Below, piece by piece: positions 10,014 to 20,259 of a stretch of DNA of 64,000 nt (the first letter of the stretch is position 1; each line of letters starts with the position of its first letter). The stretch is from assembly GCA_023269035.1 (NCBI GenBank), contig JAHFMJ010000002.1, positions 12,671 to 76,670 of the forward strand, written 5' to 3'. The DNA is from Candidatus Kaiserbacteria bacterium (GTDB taxonomy: Bacteria > Patescibacteriota > Minisyncoccia > Phycocordibacterales > Phycocordibacteraceae). The notes beneath the pieces were generated by a model. It did no database searches. It was not told where the DNA came from and saw nothing but the letters and a program-made list of their open reading frames with translations. The translations under genes were made by a program, and so were the position numbers.

Positions 10014-10346
10014 ATGAAATCAGAACAAGAACTTCGCAGTCAGATTATGCGCCGCGTGTACGGCGTCTATGTGACGCGCCTCATTGCGCGCCCTGCCATG
10101 CGCATCGCGGCGCTCGGAGCCCTCTATTTTGCGGTGGCGAGCACTGTCTCCGTCCCGCACGTCATCGCGAACGTAACCCACGTCAGCGGGGTCTCCGGCC
10201 TCCTTACCTTTACGCTCTCGGCGCTCCTTAATACGCAATCATTCGTACAGCTCGCGGTCCTGGTCGCGAGCCTTATCATTGTCTGGACCCTCGCTGATAT
10301 TGCCAAGAACGTCTCCCGCCCTCGCGGCAGCCTCTCGTTTAACTAG
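10014..10346 (+). CDS. hypothetical small membrane protein (possible anti-sigma partner)
   Basis: 110 aa with a short cytoplasmic N-terminus followed by two or three TM helices. It lies immediately downstream of the ECF sigma factor gene. Confidence 0.35.
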   Translation: MKSEQELRSQIMRRVYGVYVTRLIARPAMRIAALGALYFAVASTVSVPHVIANVTHVSGVSGLLTFTLSALLNTQSFVQLAVLVASLIIVWTLADIAKNVSRPRGSLSFN

Positions 10347-10613
10347 AATATAGAATTTTTCGAGTTTGACAGGCTCGCCACCTTCCTTTACCTTGAGGTT
10401 TACTATGGCGGGAGAATCATACAAGTCTTGGCACGGGGTGGAAATACTACAAGTACGGGCAAAGAAAGAACACAAACATAATCACAAACACGTCGCTACC
10501 TTCGTTGGTGAAGGTCCTTTACTAATAGTTACCTCTAAGCTCTACCGATGTAAATGCGGAGATGAAATTTTGAAAATAACTAATATAAAGAAAAAGAATA
10601 GATAGCTTTTTGT

Positions 10614-11642
10614 TTAAGCCTCAACCAATTTCCCTTTGATCTCCTTGAGGAGGTCATTTGCTATTTTGGGATTTTCTTTGAGGAAGGTGCGTGTCGCGTC
10701 GTAGCCGCGGCCCAGCGGGGTTTCGCCGTATTTATATGAGGCGCCTGATTTGCTGATGATCGTGTACTTCTCGCCGAGCGCGATGAGCTCGCCTTCACGG
10801 GAGATACCCTCGTTGTACATGAGGTCGAACTCGGTCGCCTTGAACGGCGCGGCCACCTTGTTCTTGACCACTTTCACCCGCACGCGACCGCCGACGATTT
10901 CCTCACCCTTCTTTATCTGCGCTATGCGGCGGATGTCGAGGCGCACGCTGGTGTAGAACTTGAGCGCCTTGCCGCCAGTCGTCGTCTCGGGGTTGCCGAA
11001 CATCACGCCTATCTGCATGCGTATCTGGTTGATGAAGATGATGACCGTTTTGCTCTTTGAGGTTATTGCGGTGAGCTTGCGCAAAGCCTGGCTCATGAGC
11101 CGCGCCTGTTTACCCATCTGTGCTGAGCCCATCTCGCCCTCGATCTCATCTTTCGGCGTTAGCGCTGCTACAGAGTCAACGACGACGACATCTATCTTCC
11201 CGGAACGCACCAGGCTCTCGGTTATCTCGAGCGCCTGCTCGCCGGTGTCGGGTTGCGAGACAAGGAGCTCGTCGGTCTTCACGCCGAGTCGCTTGGCGTA
11301 GTCAGGGTCGAGCGCGTGCTCTGCGTCGACGAACGCGCATACACCTCCCTTCTTCTGCGCCTCGGCGATGATGTGGAGCGAGAGCGTTGTCTTGCCAGAG
11401 GACTCTGGCCCGAATATTTCAATAATGCGTCCGCGGGGAACGCCGCCGATGCCGAGCGCCCAGTCGAGGCCGATAGAGCCCGTCGGGATAGCGTCGACGC
11501 CTGATTTCGGGCGCTCACCGAGCATCATGATGGCCTCATCGCCGAATTTTGTCTTGATGCTCGCTATCGCCTGGTTGATAGCAGCTTTCTTTTCTGAAAC
11601 AGGTGCCTCAGGTGCTTTTTCAGTTTTCTTTTTTTGTGCCAT
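10614..11642 (-). CDS. recA: recombinase RecA
   Basis: Walker A (GPESSGKTT), the L1/L2 regions and the conserved [12 protein letters not shown] block are present. Typical RecA length with a short N-terminal extension. Confidence 0.95.
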   Translation of the reverse strand: MAQKKKTEKAPEAPVSEKKAAINQAIASIKTKFGDEAIMMLGERPKSGVDAIPTGSIGLDWALGIGGVPRGRIIEIFGPESSGKTTLSLHIIAEAQKKGGVCAFVDAEHALDPDYAKRLGVKTDELLVSQPDTGEQALEITESLVRSGKIDVVVVDSVAALTPKDEIEGEMGSAQMGKQARLMSQALRKLTAITSKSKTVIIFINQIRMQIGVMFGNPETTTGGKALKFYTSVRLDIRRIAQIKKGEEIVGGRVRVKVVKNKVAAPFKATEFDLMYNEGISREGELIALGEKYTIISKSGASYKYGETPLGRGYDATRTFLKENPKIANDLLKEIKGKLVEA

Positions 11643-12015
11643 AGGGTGTTGTGGTGGATAGGGTCTGCTCTGTTACAAAAGCAATTTCTTTGGTAATGGC
11701 GCGGCCGAACCGGTCACGGGCGACCACCTGGAGAGCAGTATACCCTCTTGGGTAGGCACGTCGAACCGAGAACGTCCCGTCTTCAGAGAGCGGTACCGGC
11801 GCACCGTCTATGCTCAGAAATGAGACCCGTTCCGTCGTCCCGCTTATTGCTGTCAGACCTTCGGTTGTTTGGGTCTCTTGCAGGGTCATGGATGGGCCCT
11901 CGATGTACGGAAGCGCGGCATAAAAACTGTAACCGACGACGATACATAAGGCCACGAGGCTAAGGACAAGAGCCGCACGCGCGGGGGAGAACCTGATTTC
12001 CTTATGCGGGCTCAT
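11620..12015 (-). CDS. hypothetical membrane-anchored protein
   Basis: 131 aa with an N-terminal TM helix. It is sandwiched with short overlaps between ftsK and recA on the same strand. Confidence 0.4.
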   Translation of the reverse strand: MSPHKEIRFSPARAALVLSLVALCIVVGYSFYAALPYIEGPSMTLQETQTTEGLTAISGTTERVSFLSIDGAPVPLSEDGTFSVRRAYPRGYTALQVVARDRFGRAITKEIAFVTEQTLSTTTPYGTKKEN

Positions 12016-14170
12016 CGCTCGTCTCTTCTCCAGAGTTGCCTGCGCCAGCGCTCGTCAGTACGTCACGCGGTCGCGCGCCGTCAGCCGCTCCGATGATGCC
12101 TTTCTCCTCGAGGATGTCCATGAGCCGTGCGGCACGTGCGTACCCAATGCGGAGCTTGCGTTGGAGGTAGGAGGTCGACGCTTTCCCGGCCTCTTCCACT
12201 ATCTGCTTTGCCTCCGCGAACAGGTCGTCGTCCACGTCGTCGTCTTCGAGCGAAGCTGAGAAGATGGCGTTCGGCGATTCGCCCGTCGTTGCCGTCAGCG
12301 TGATCGCATCGAGCGAGACCTCGTTATTTTTCTTGATATAGCTAACGATCGACTTCACTTCATTTTCGGAGATGAACGCGGTCTGGATGCGGTGCGGCTT
12401 GCTCATGTCCGCGCTCTGGTAGAGCATATCGCCGGCACCGAGCAATTTTTCCGCTCCGGCGGCGTCGAGGATGGTGCGCGAGTCTATCTGCGAGGCCACC
12501 TGGAGCGCGAGCCGTGCAGGTATATTCGCTTTGATAGTGCCGGTGATGATGTTGACGCTCGGCCGCTGCGTGGAGAGGACAAGATGGATGCCCACGGCCC
12601 GGCTCATCTGGGCGAGCCGCACGATGCCTGCCTCGAGCTCGCGCGGGTATATCTGCATGATGTCCGCGAGCTCATCGAGTACGATGACGATGAAGGGCAT
12701 CTGATCGGGGGCGTCACCCGTACCATCCCATTTCCCGACGACGTTCTCGTGATACGACTGGATGTCCCGTACTGCCTGCGTCTCGAGGATGTTGTAGCGG
12801 CGCTCCATCTCTTTCGCTGCCCACTTCAGTGAGAGGATTGCTTTCTTCGGGTCGGTAATCACCGGGGTCAGCAGATGGGGGATAGAGTTGTACAGCGTCA
12901 GCTCAACTCGCTTCGGGTCGATCATGATGAAGCGCAATGTTGCCGGGCCGTTGCGATAGAGGAGTGAGGCTATGAGAGCATGTATGGCGACGGACTTGCC
13001 GCTGCCGGTTGCTCCAGCCACAAGAAGGTGCGGCATCTTGGCGATGTTGGCAAAGTGAGACGTTCCCGCGATGTCTTTGCCTAAGCCAACGAGGAGTGGT
13101 CGCTGGTCACCCTGGAACTTATCGTCAGCAAGGAGGGAACCTAAGCCCACAGTCGCCTTCTTGCTGTTGGGCACTTCGATGCCGACAAGCGATTTTCCCG
13201 GTATCGGCGCTTCGATGCGGACAGGTGAGGCAGCAAGCGCGAGCTCGAGGTTGTTCTGGAGCGCGAGGATCTTCTGTAGGCGAACGCCTTCAGCGGGCTT
13301 CAGCGAGTATCGCGTAACCGTCGGGCCGATGGCGACCTCATCCATCTCAACGACGATGCCGAAGTTCGCGAGCGTCCGCTTGATGAGGTTCGCGTTCGCT
13401 TTGATATCGCCGTTATCCGGCTTCCCTTTGTCGCGGTCGAGGAGCGAGAGTGGGGGAGGGTTGTAGGTACTGTCGACTGGAGCAAATGAAATCCCGGCAG
13501 TCTCTTCTTCCCGGATTGGCTCCGATTTTTTTGCCCGTACTTTTTCAGGTATTTGAGGTTTTTCTTCTTCCTCTGCGTTTTCTTCGGATGCGTCTTCCCC
13601 TTCTCCCCCACGAATGGTTAGTGGGGGAGGAACGTCAGTAGCATCTTTTTTCCCAAAAGGGAATGCCGGCAGGGTCAATTTCGGGAGCCCTAGAGGCGTG
13701 TCAAGCGCAAGAAGCGCGCCGACGATAGCGATGCCTATAAGGACGATAGAGCCGAACGTCGTCTCAAAAAGGGATACGAACGGGGTGGCGATCAACCGCC
13801 CCACCATGCCGCCCCAAGCGGCATTGGCGACAGAAAGAAGCGCGATGCCTGAGAGGAAGAGAAGAGTCGCCCCCAGGACGCGCGTACCTCCGAGGCCTGC
13901 TTGTTCGCGCTGACGGACTAACCCGATAGCAAGGAGTATAAGCGAAAGGGGGATAAGAAAATAGCCTATGCCGAATAAGCCTTCTTTGAGGAAAAGATAC
14001 AAGAATTGCCCGGCTTTTCCGCCTCCTCCGAATGAGGCAAAAAGGAACAGTGCTGCAGCAATGCCGGCGAGGATGGAATAGATGCTTCGGGCTGTTTCCT
14101 GCTTTAGATTGAGTGAAGGGTGAGGGAGGTGCAGTTTGTTCTTTTCTCGCTCCTTTTTCTTTGCCATCAA
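12002..14170 (-). CDS. ftsK: DNA translocase FtsK/SpoIIIE
   Basis: N-terminal TM domain, an acidic linker, a motor domain with Walker A (VAGATGSGKSVAIHALI), and a C-terminal gamma winged-helix (YLQRKLRIGYARAARLMDILEE). Confidence 0.9.
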   Translation of the reverse strand: MMAKKKEREKNKLHLPHPSLNLKQETARSIYSILAGIAAALFLFASFGGGGKAGQFLYLFLKEGLFGIGYFLIPLSLILLAIGLVRQREQAGLGGTRVLGATLLFLSGIALLSVANAAWGGMVGRLIATPFVSLFETTFGSIVLIGIAIVGALLALDTPLGLPKLTLPAFPFGKKDATDVPPPLTIRGGEGEDASEENAEEEEKPQIPEKVRAKKSEPIREEETAGISFAPVDSTYNPPPLSLLDRDKGKPDNGDIKANANLIKRTLANFGIVVEMDEVAIGPTVTRYSLKPAEGVRLQKILALQNNLELALAASPVRIEAPIPGKSLVGIEVPNSKKATVGLGSLLADDKFQGDQRPLLVGLGKDIAGTSHFANIAKMPHLLVAGATGSGKSVAIHALIASLLYRNGPATLRFIMIDPKRVELTLYNSIPHLLTPVITDPKKAILSLKWAAKEMERRYNILETQAVRDIQSYHENVVGKWDGTGDAPDQMPFIVIVLDELADIMQIYPRELEAGIVRLAQMSRAVGIHLVLSTQRPSVNIITGTIKANIPARLALQVASQIDSRTILDAAGAEKLLGAGDMLYQSADMSKPHRIQTAFISENEVKSIVSYIKKNNEVSLDAITLTATTGESPNAIFSASLEDDDVDDDLFAEAKQIVEEAGKASTSYLQRKLRIGYARAARLMDILEEKGIIGAADGARPRDVLTSAGAGNSGEETSDEPA

Positions 14171-14316
14171 TGGATTTTAGCACGGTGGCCAACACACCAG
14201 CATGTATAACTAGCGCAGAAGTTTGATTTGTGTCGTAGCCATTTTTTACTCTTGCTAAAGACATTCAAAGGACGTAAGCTTTGTTGTATGTCTAAAAGAC
14301 ACTATTAGTCTCTAAT

Positions 14317-15063
14317 ATGTCTTATATTGTAAAAACATCCCCAAAGGACGACTTTGATAAAAATAACAATAGTTTAGGTGCTATTCAGCAATTTCAAAGT
14401 TTCTTCTCAAACCAATACCATACATTTCTTGTCCGAAAGACTGAAAGATTGGCGTCTGCCCTTTATGTTATTACAGGTTTTATGCCAGCCGACGAACCTC
14501 TTCGGACCCGTCTAAGAACATGTGCCCTTGCACTCATTTCTCAGTCATCAAATCCCGATGAGTTGAGCCATTCAGGGCCAGGAAAATTTATTAATCATTG
14601 TGCTGAAATTGGCACCATCCTTGAAACAGCTCAATCAGGAGGTTTAGTGTCGCACATGAATGCAAAGCTCATTTGCAACGAATATGCGGCTCTGGCGAAC
14701 TTTGCACGCGATCACCACACAGAGATCGTAGAGAGGGGAAATCATATAGAGACCGCCGCTATTCCCGAGCCCCAAGGCCTTCCTGTTTCTCAAAGACATT
14801 TAAAGAAAAGTCTTTTAGAATTACAAAAAATTAAAAAGACGTCCAATTCTCAAAGTAAAGGACAACAATCTGATAGAAAAACAGCAATACTTAAATTGTT
14901 TGATAATAAGGACAGTATTTCTATAAAGGACGCAGTTGTTGAAATAGAAGGATGTAGCGAAAAAACAATCCAAAGGGACCTGCTCTCGCTAGTTCGAGAC
15001 GGTGTCCTTACGAAGAAAGGTGAAAGGAGGTGGAGTACTTACCAGAGGGCCAAGAATCTCTAG
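14317..15063 (+). CDS. hypothetical protein with C-terminal winged-helix DNA-binding domain (low-GC gene)
   Basis: 248 aa. The C-terminus (SIKDAVVEIEGCSEKTIQRDLLSLVRDGVLTKKGERRWSTY) matches the DeoR/HTH_11-type wHTH pattern. Codon usage is markedly AT-richer than the flanking genes. Confidence 0.5.
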   Translation: MSYIVKTSPKDDFDKNNNSLGAIQQFQSFFSNQYHTFLVRKTERLASALYVITGFMPADEPLRTRLRTCALALISQSSNPDELSHSGPGKFINHCAEIGTILETAQSGGLVSHMNAKLICNEYAALANFARDHHTEIVERGNHIETAAIPEPQGLPVSQRHLKKSLLELQKIKKTSNSQSKGQQSDRKTAILKLFDNKDSISIKDAVVEIEGCSEKTIQRDLLSLVRDGVLTKKGERRWSTYQRAKNL

Positions 15064-15585
15064 GCTCAGGCCTCATAAGGGTTTCCTTGCTCTTAGGCCT
15101 TATTTCAGTTATTATGCCTCTTGTGGGTAGATTGAGCCACGTATAAAGAAAGGCTCCTGAAAAGGGCCTTTTGGCATATGTTTGTCCACATGTACGGGCT
15201 TCCTTTGCTCAAGTATAGGCTGAGGAGGAACGTATAATAGGTTAACTCCCGCATTCAGGTTTCGGTTGCGCGTTGTTGTGGCGCGTCAACTCTCCCGTAC
15301 GAAAAGAACTTTGTCAGTTTCATATCCGGTTTCTTGTTCTGTATTTCTCCCGCGCTGAAGCACTTTCCCTATATATGGATGGACGTCCGCTCGAACACTC
15401 TTCTCTCTACCATCTACTCTCTTATGCGGAAACGCATAAGAGATGATGGAACTAAGTTGTGCTTCTTATCAGGTTTGCGATCCCAGCCCCGTTAAGGGCG
15501 TTGGGATACCCGTGCTTTATCCGCGGCACATTTATAAGTAAACGCGGAGAAAGCATGTCATCAATTAGTCAGTAATTATTACGCT

Positions 15586-18500
15586 ATGACATCTATTGCA
15601 CACAATTCAGTCGCGAAGCTCGCGGCGGTTGTTGTCGGATTGGCCATTGCGTTCTCGTTTGCGGTTCCTGCCCACGCGGCATTGACGGCAAGCCAGGTGC
15701 AATCAATCCTCTCCCTCTTGCAGTCGTTCGGTGCTGATCAATCAACGATCAACAACGTCAACGCCTCGCTGACGGGACAACCAACAACTCCAACGACTCC
15801 GACAACCCCGTCAGCCTGTTCGTTCACCAAGGACCTTACTCTTGGCTCGAAAGGTACTGACGTAACCTGCCTCCAGAACGCACTTATCGCGAATGGGTTC
15901 TCGATACCAGCCGGCGCAACCGGTTTCTTCGGAGCTCAGACGCAAGCTGCGGTTGCGGCATGGCAGAAATCTGCTGGCGTCAGTCCTGCAGCTGGTTACT
16001 TCGGTCCTAAGTCTCGCGCAGCGTTCGGCTCTGTCTCGACAGGCCCGACAACGCCGACGACTCCAGTCCCGACAGGAACCGGCCTCGCGGTCTCCGCTGG
16101 TGTACAGCCAGCTAACTCGCTTGCACCAGCTGGTGCAACGCGCGTTCCGTTCACTCGCTTCGTAGTTACTGCCGGTAATGACGGCGATGTCGTCCTCAAC
16201 TCGGTAGTGGTACAGCGCACCGGCCTCGGCAGCAATGCCTCGTTCGCCGGCGTCATCTTGATCGATGAAGCAAGCGGCACTCAGCTCGGCACTGCCAAGA
16301 CGTTCAACAGCAACGACCAGGCAACTATCGGCCAAAAGGTGACGATCCCTCGCGGAACGTCAAAGACCTTCTTGGTCGGCGGTAACATGGCATCGTCACT
16401 CGCAAGCTATGCGGGTGAGGCTCCGTCCATCTCGGTCGTCTCTCTCAACACCTCGGCAACGGTGACCGGTTCTCTGCCGATCTCTGGCGCCACGCACACT
16501 ACGAACAACACCCTGACCGTCGGCAGCCTCTCGATCGCTTCGTCAAATGCCTTTGCGGCAAACGCGACAACGACGAAGGAAATCGGCACCACAGGATACC
16601 GTGCAACGGGTCTCCGCCTTACCTCAAGTTCGGCTGAGGACGTCCGCATCCGCTCGATCCGCTGGAACCAGATCGGTTCTGTCACCGGATCGGACATCGC
16701 GAACGTAACGACCTACGTCAACGGTGTCGCCTACCCGGCGATCATGTCTGCTGACGGCAAGTACTACGAGTCCTCACTCGGTAGTGGCGTCGTTCTCGCT
16801 TCAGGCAACAATGCAGAGGTCTACGTTACCTACGACATCGTTGGTGGCTCTGGCCGCACCATCATCTTCCACGTAGAGAAGTCAACTGACATCTACGCGA
16901 CGGGTGAGACGTACGGTTATGGCGCTACGGTCACCGGTGGCAGCGCTGGTACGCCGTTCTTCTTCGGCTACCAGATCACTGTCTCTGGCGCAACGATAAC
17001 GACCATCCAGAAAGCAAACTCTGTTGCTGCGCAGAACATCGCGGCTAACGTCTCGAACCAGGTGCTTGGTGGTTTTGAAACCAACATCAAAGGCGAGGCT
17101 CTGACCGTTCAGTCGATGGTCTTTACTGTCGCTACCACAGGTGTTTGGACTGGGTCTCCTGAAATCACCAACATCACTCTTGTTGATGAGAATGGCACCG
17201 TGAAAGCTGGCCCCGTTGATGCCACGACTGTGGCCGGGGGAGGCCAGACGCTGACCTTCTCTGATTCAATCACCATCCCGACCGGTCTCCACACCTGGAG
17301 ACTGTTGGGCAAACTGCCTTCTGGGGCAGCCAACGGCGGCACCGTTATTGTGACAACTGTTCCGTCTACAGGCTGGGGAACACCGAAGGGTGAAACCACT
17401 GGTGACACCATCTCGCTCTCGGCAAACGGCTCGTTCGCCATGAACACGATGACCATCAAGAGTGGAGCAATGGCAGTGACCCGTGCAACCTCTCCTGCAT
17501 CACAGATTGTGGTTGCAGGAAGCACCAACCTGTTGATGGCGAACCTTCAGTTCGACGCATCGCAGTCTGGTGAGGATGTACGCTTCTCATCTGTCCCGCT
17601 CTCCCTTACCGCAGCGTCTACAACACTTGGTTCGTTAGGTCAGATAAACAACTGTCTCGTCTACGACGGTGCAACTGCCATTTCTGACTCAGCAGTCAAC
17701 CCGTCCGGTGCCTCTACGGCGACATACACCGTGACGGCAACTCTTACGAATCCGATTACCGTTACGAAAGGCACAGTAAAAACACTTGGTATCCGCTGTA
17801 ACATCTCAACCAGCGCTACCACCAACGCCGGCTTCATATGGGACCACGGAGACATTACGACCTTCTCGTTCTCAGGTCTCTCTTCTGGAACATCGCTCCA
17901 ATCTTCGCAAGTTACTGCTCCGACTGACACTGCAGTCGTTGTGACTGTTGGCGCAGGTGCGGTAACGGTAGCAACAGGCGCAGGAAGCCCGAGCTACAAG
18001 CTTGCGGCAGCCGGCTCGACTGATGTCACCTCTGGTGTCATTAAGTTAACCGCAACGAACGAGGATGTGAACTTGACCGAACTCGGTCTCCAGCTCACGA
18101 CCTACGCTTCGTCATCGATCGCTGACCTTGTCAAAGCATCGATCTACAACGGTGCTACGAAAGTCGGTGAAGCATACTTCACCACTGACAGTGGCTCCGC
18201 AGCAGCTTCTACTGCAACGTCGACACTCACGGGAGTTACCCTCACGACGGGCGCTGATGTGAACCTCACCGTCAAGCTTGACTTCTCGTCAATCGCGACA
18301 GGCGGTTCTGCAACGAGCTCCGGTCACTTCGTTGCTGTTGACTTCGTCAGCGGCAAGGGTACTGGTGTTGGCTCAGGCGGGACCTACAACCTCGGTGCGG
18401 CAAACGGCTCAACGGCTGTTGCTGGTATCCGCGTGTTCAAGTCCTTCCCGACCGTCGCTACAGGCTCTGGACTCTCGACAACCGGCCTTGCCGATGGTCG

Positions 18501-19095
18501 CCTTGGCCGCTTCACGGTCACGGCTGACTCACACGGTCCGGTCAACCTCGCGGAGTTCAACCTCCAGTTCGCAACGTCGTCGATTACACAGCTCTCTGCG
18601 GTGAACATCTACGGCTTTACGAACTCTGACTACACTGGTCCTATCAGCAACCTGACAGGCACCGGCGCAGTCAACTACCGTGGTCAGACGCTGACCGGCC
18701 CAACAAGCACGAACGCTGCTTTGTGGACCAGCTCAGCAACGAACTTCGAGTTCTCGGTTACCGACTCAACTGGCGCGTCAACGACGATCCAGGTCCCAGC
18801 CGGAACGACCTACTACTTCGAAATTCGCGGTACGGTGACTGGTGTTACGACTGGCTCAAGCGTCGTCACGACCTTGAGGGGTGATACGTATGCGCCGTTC
18901 ACTGCGAGCGGCCGCTACGCGAACCCGTTGGTCTCTTACACCAACAGCACTGCAATAGACACGGTGGGTGAAGCAGCCTTTATCTGGTCTCCGAACTCGA
19001 CCACCACAGCGGTGCTCGGTTCACAAGACTGGACAAACGCCTACAACATCCCTGGTCTCCCATCCAACGGCTTGATCTTCAACCGTGGAATCTAA
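15586..19095 (+). CDS. giant secreted cell-surface protein with N-terminal peptidoglycan-binding domain
   Basis: 1169 aa. Signal peptide (…FSFAVPAHA/ALT), PT-rich linkers (TTPTTPTTP) and a PG_binding_1-like segment (LGSKGTDVTCLQNALIANGF…AQTQAAVAAWQKSAGV), followed by about 1000 aa of T/S/G/A-rich beta-type repeats. Confidence 0.6.
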   Translation: MTSIAHNSVAKLAAVVVGLAIAFSFAVPAHAALTASQVQSILSLLQSFGADQSTINNVNASLTGQPTTPTTPTTPSACSFTKDLTLGSKGTDVTCLQNALIANGFSIPAGATGFFGAQTQAAVAAWQKSAGVSPAAGYFGPKSRAAFGSVSTGPTTPTTPVPTGTGLAVSAGVQPANSLAPAGATRVPFTRFVVTAGNDGDVVLNSVVVQRTGLGSNASFAGVILIDEASGTQLGTAKTFNSNDQATIGQKVTIPRGTSKTFLVGGNMASSLASYAGEAPSISVVSLNTSATVTGSLPISGATHTTNNTLTVGSLSIASSNAFAANATTTKEIGTTGYRATGLRLTSSSAEDVRIRSIRWNQIGSVTGSDIANVTTYVNGVAYPAIMSADGKYYESSLGSGVVLASGNNAEVYVTYDIVGGSGRTIIFHVEKSTDIYATGETYGYGATVTGGSAGTPFFFGYQITVSGATITTIQKANSVAAQNIAANVSNQVLGGFETNIKGEALTVQSMVFTVATTGVWTGSPEITNITLVDENGTVKAGPVDATTVAGGGQTLTFSDSITIPTGLHTWRLLGKLPSGAANGGTVIVTTVPSTGWGTPKGETTGDTISLSANGSFAMNTMTIKSGAMAVTRATSPASQIVVAGSTNLLMANLQFDASQSGEDVRFSSVPLSLTAASTTLGSLGQINNCLVYDGATAISDSAVNPSGASTATYTVTATLTNPITVTKGTVKTLGIRCNISTSATTNAGFIWDHGDITTFSFSGLSSGTSLQSSQVTAPTDTAVVVTVGAGAVTVATGAGSPSYKLAAAGSTDVTSGVIKLTATNEDVNLTELGLQLTTYASSSIADLVKASIYNGATKVGEAYFTTDSGSAAASTATSTLTGVTLTTGADVNLTVKLDFSSIATGGSATSSGHFVAVDFVSGKGTGVGSGGTYNLGAANGSTAVAGIRVFKSFPTVATGSGLSTTGLADGRLGRFTVTADSHGPVNLAEFNLQFATSSITQLSAVNIYGFTNSDYTGPISNLTGTGAVNYRGQTLTGPTSTNAALWTSSATNFEFSVTDSTGASTTIQVPAGTTYYFEIRGTVTGVTTGSSVVTTLRGDTYAPFTASGRYANPLVSYTNSTAIDTVGEAAFIWSPNSTTTAVLGSQDWTNAYNIPGLPSNGLIFNRGI

Positions 19096-19115
19096 GGGAC
19101 GTTAGTTCTTTAGCG

Positions 19116-19170
19116 AGCTGGGACTTCGCCCAGCAAAACAAAAAGCCCCCTCAGGGGGCTTTTTGTTTTG
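19116..19170 (+). terminator. rho-independent terminator after the giant surface protein gene
   Basis: Two hairpins (gctgggacttcgcccagc and agccccc-tca-gggggct) are followed by TTTTTGTTTTG. Confidence 0.6.
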
Positions 19171-19233
19171 CGTGGTTTCCACTCACACGGTACAATAGTG
19201 CCTTATGACCCCGTTAGAGGCACAGAAATAAGT

Positions 19234-20076
19234 ATGAATGAAGATAAAACTACAACTATAGGTGTATCTAACGGAGCCTCTAACGGGGTGAAATCACTTT
19301 GGATATTCCTTGGCGGGGCAGCACTCATCGTCCTTGCTCTCTCGGGCGTTGCATACTTCGTTGCGAAAGGGGGAAGCGGTAGCGTCGCAACCAGTACTCC
19401 ATCTACGACAAACAATGCCTCTCCCACTCAACAAGCTCCGCATTACACCATCACTCAACTCCCGACGACCAGTATCCGCGACATCATGCCAGACCTCAAA
19501 CACGAGGTTATCTTTTCTGCTTCTGTACCCGAAGCGGCCCGCAAGGTTATCCTTGATAAGGTCCTACCGGCACAAAAGCGCCTTGATGCTGACCCGATGC
19601 GCGCCGATGACTGGTATGATCTTGCGTCGTGGTACCACAGCGCGAACGACTTTGCCGCCGCGGCAGATGTGTGGGTATTCCTCACCAAGGTCATCCCGAC
19701 TGACACGACCGCGTACGACAACCTTGGGAAACTCTACTATCTTTCCCTCAAGGATTTCCCGAAATCAGAATCGTATTTCAAACAGTCGATTAAGATCAAT
19801 CCCGACTCATTCGTCCCCTACTACGAGCTCTCGCAACTCTACACCTATTCCTACAAGATCGACACGACCGCTGCCGTGGATATACTTGAGACAGCTGCGG
19901 TGCGTTTTCCGCAAAATCCGGACCCCTATACCCTTATCGGCATCTACTGGCGCGATCACGCTAACCCAACAAAAGCACGCGACGCGTTCCTGAAGGCGAT
20001 GGACCGTGCCCGCACAGCAGGAGACGTCGGCCAGATCAACGCTATCGGTGATGAACTCGCCAAGCTTCCCCAATAG
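19234..20076 (+). CDS. membrane-anchored TPR-repeat protein
   Basis: N-terminal TM helix (LWIFLGGAALIVLALSGVAYFVA). The C-terminal half contains TPR-like repeats (…AYDNLGKLYYLSLKDFPKSESYFKQSIKINPDSFVPYYELSQLY…). Confidence 0.55.
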   Translation: MNEDKTTTIGVSNGASNGVKSLWIFLGGAALIVLALSGVAYFVAKGGSGSVATSTPSTTNNASPTQQAPHYTITQLPTTSIRDIMPDLKHEVIFSASVPEAARKVILDKVLPAQKRLDADPMRADDWYDLASWYHSANDFAAAADVWVFLTKVIPTDTTAYDNLGKLYYLSLKDFPKSESYFKQSIKINPDSFVPYYELSQLYTYSYKIDTTAAVDILETAAVRFPQNPDPYTLIGIYWRDHANPTKARDAFLKAMDRARTAGDVGQINAIGDELAKLPQ

Positions 20077-20259
20077 TATGAAGAAATTATTTACCTCCCA
20101 GCGAAGCGAGGGAAAAGGAAACAGGTTTCCTTTTCCGAGTGAGCGCAGAGGGCAAAGCCCCTTTACCCAGGATTTTTTTAAGTTCCTGCTCGGCTTCTCG
20201 CTCATCATCATTGCGAGCTTCGCGATAATCTATTTTTTCGGGGGAGGGAACTCGTAGAC

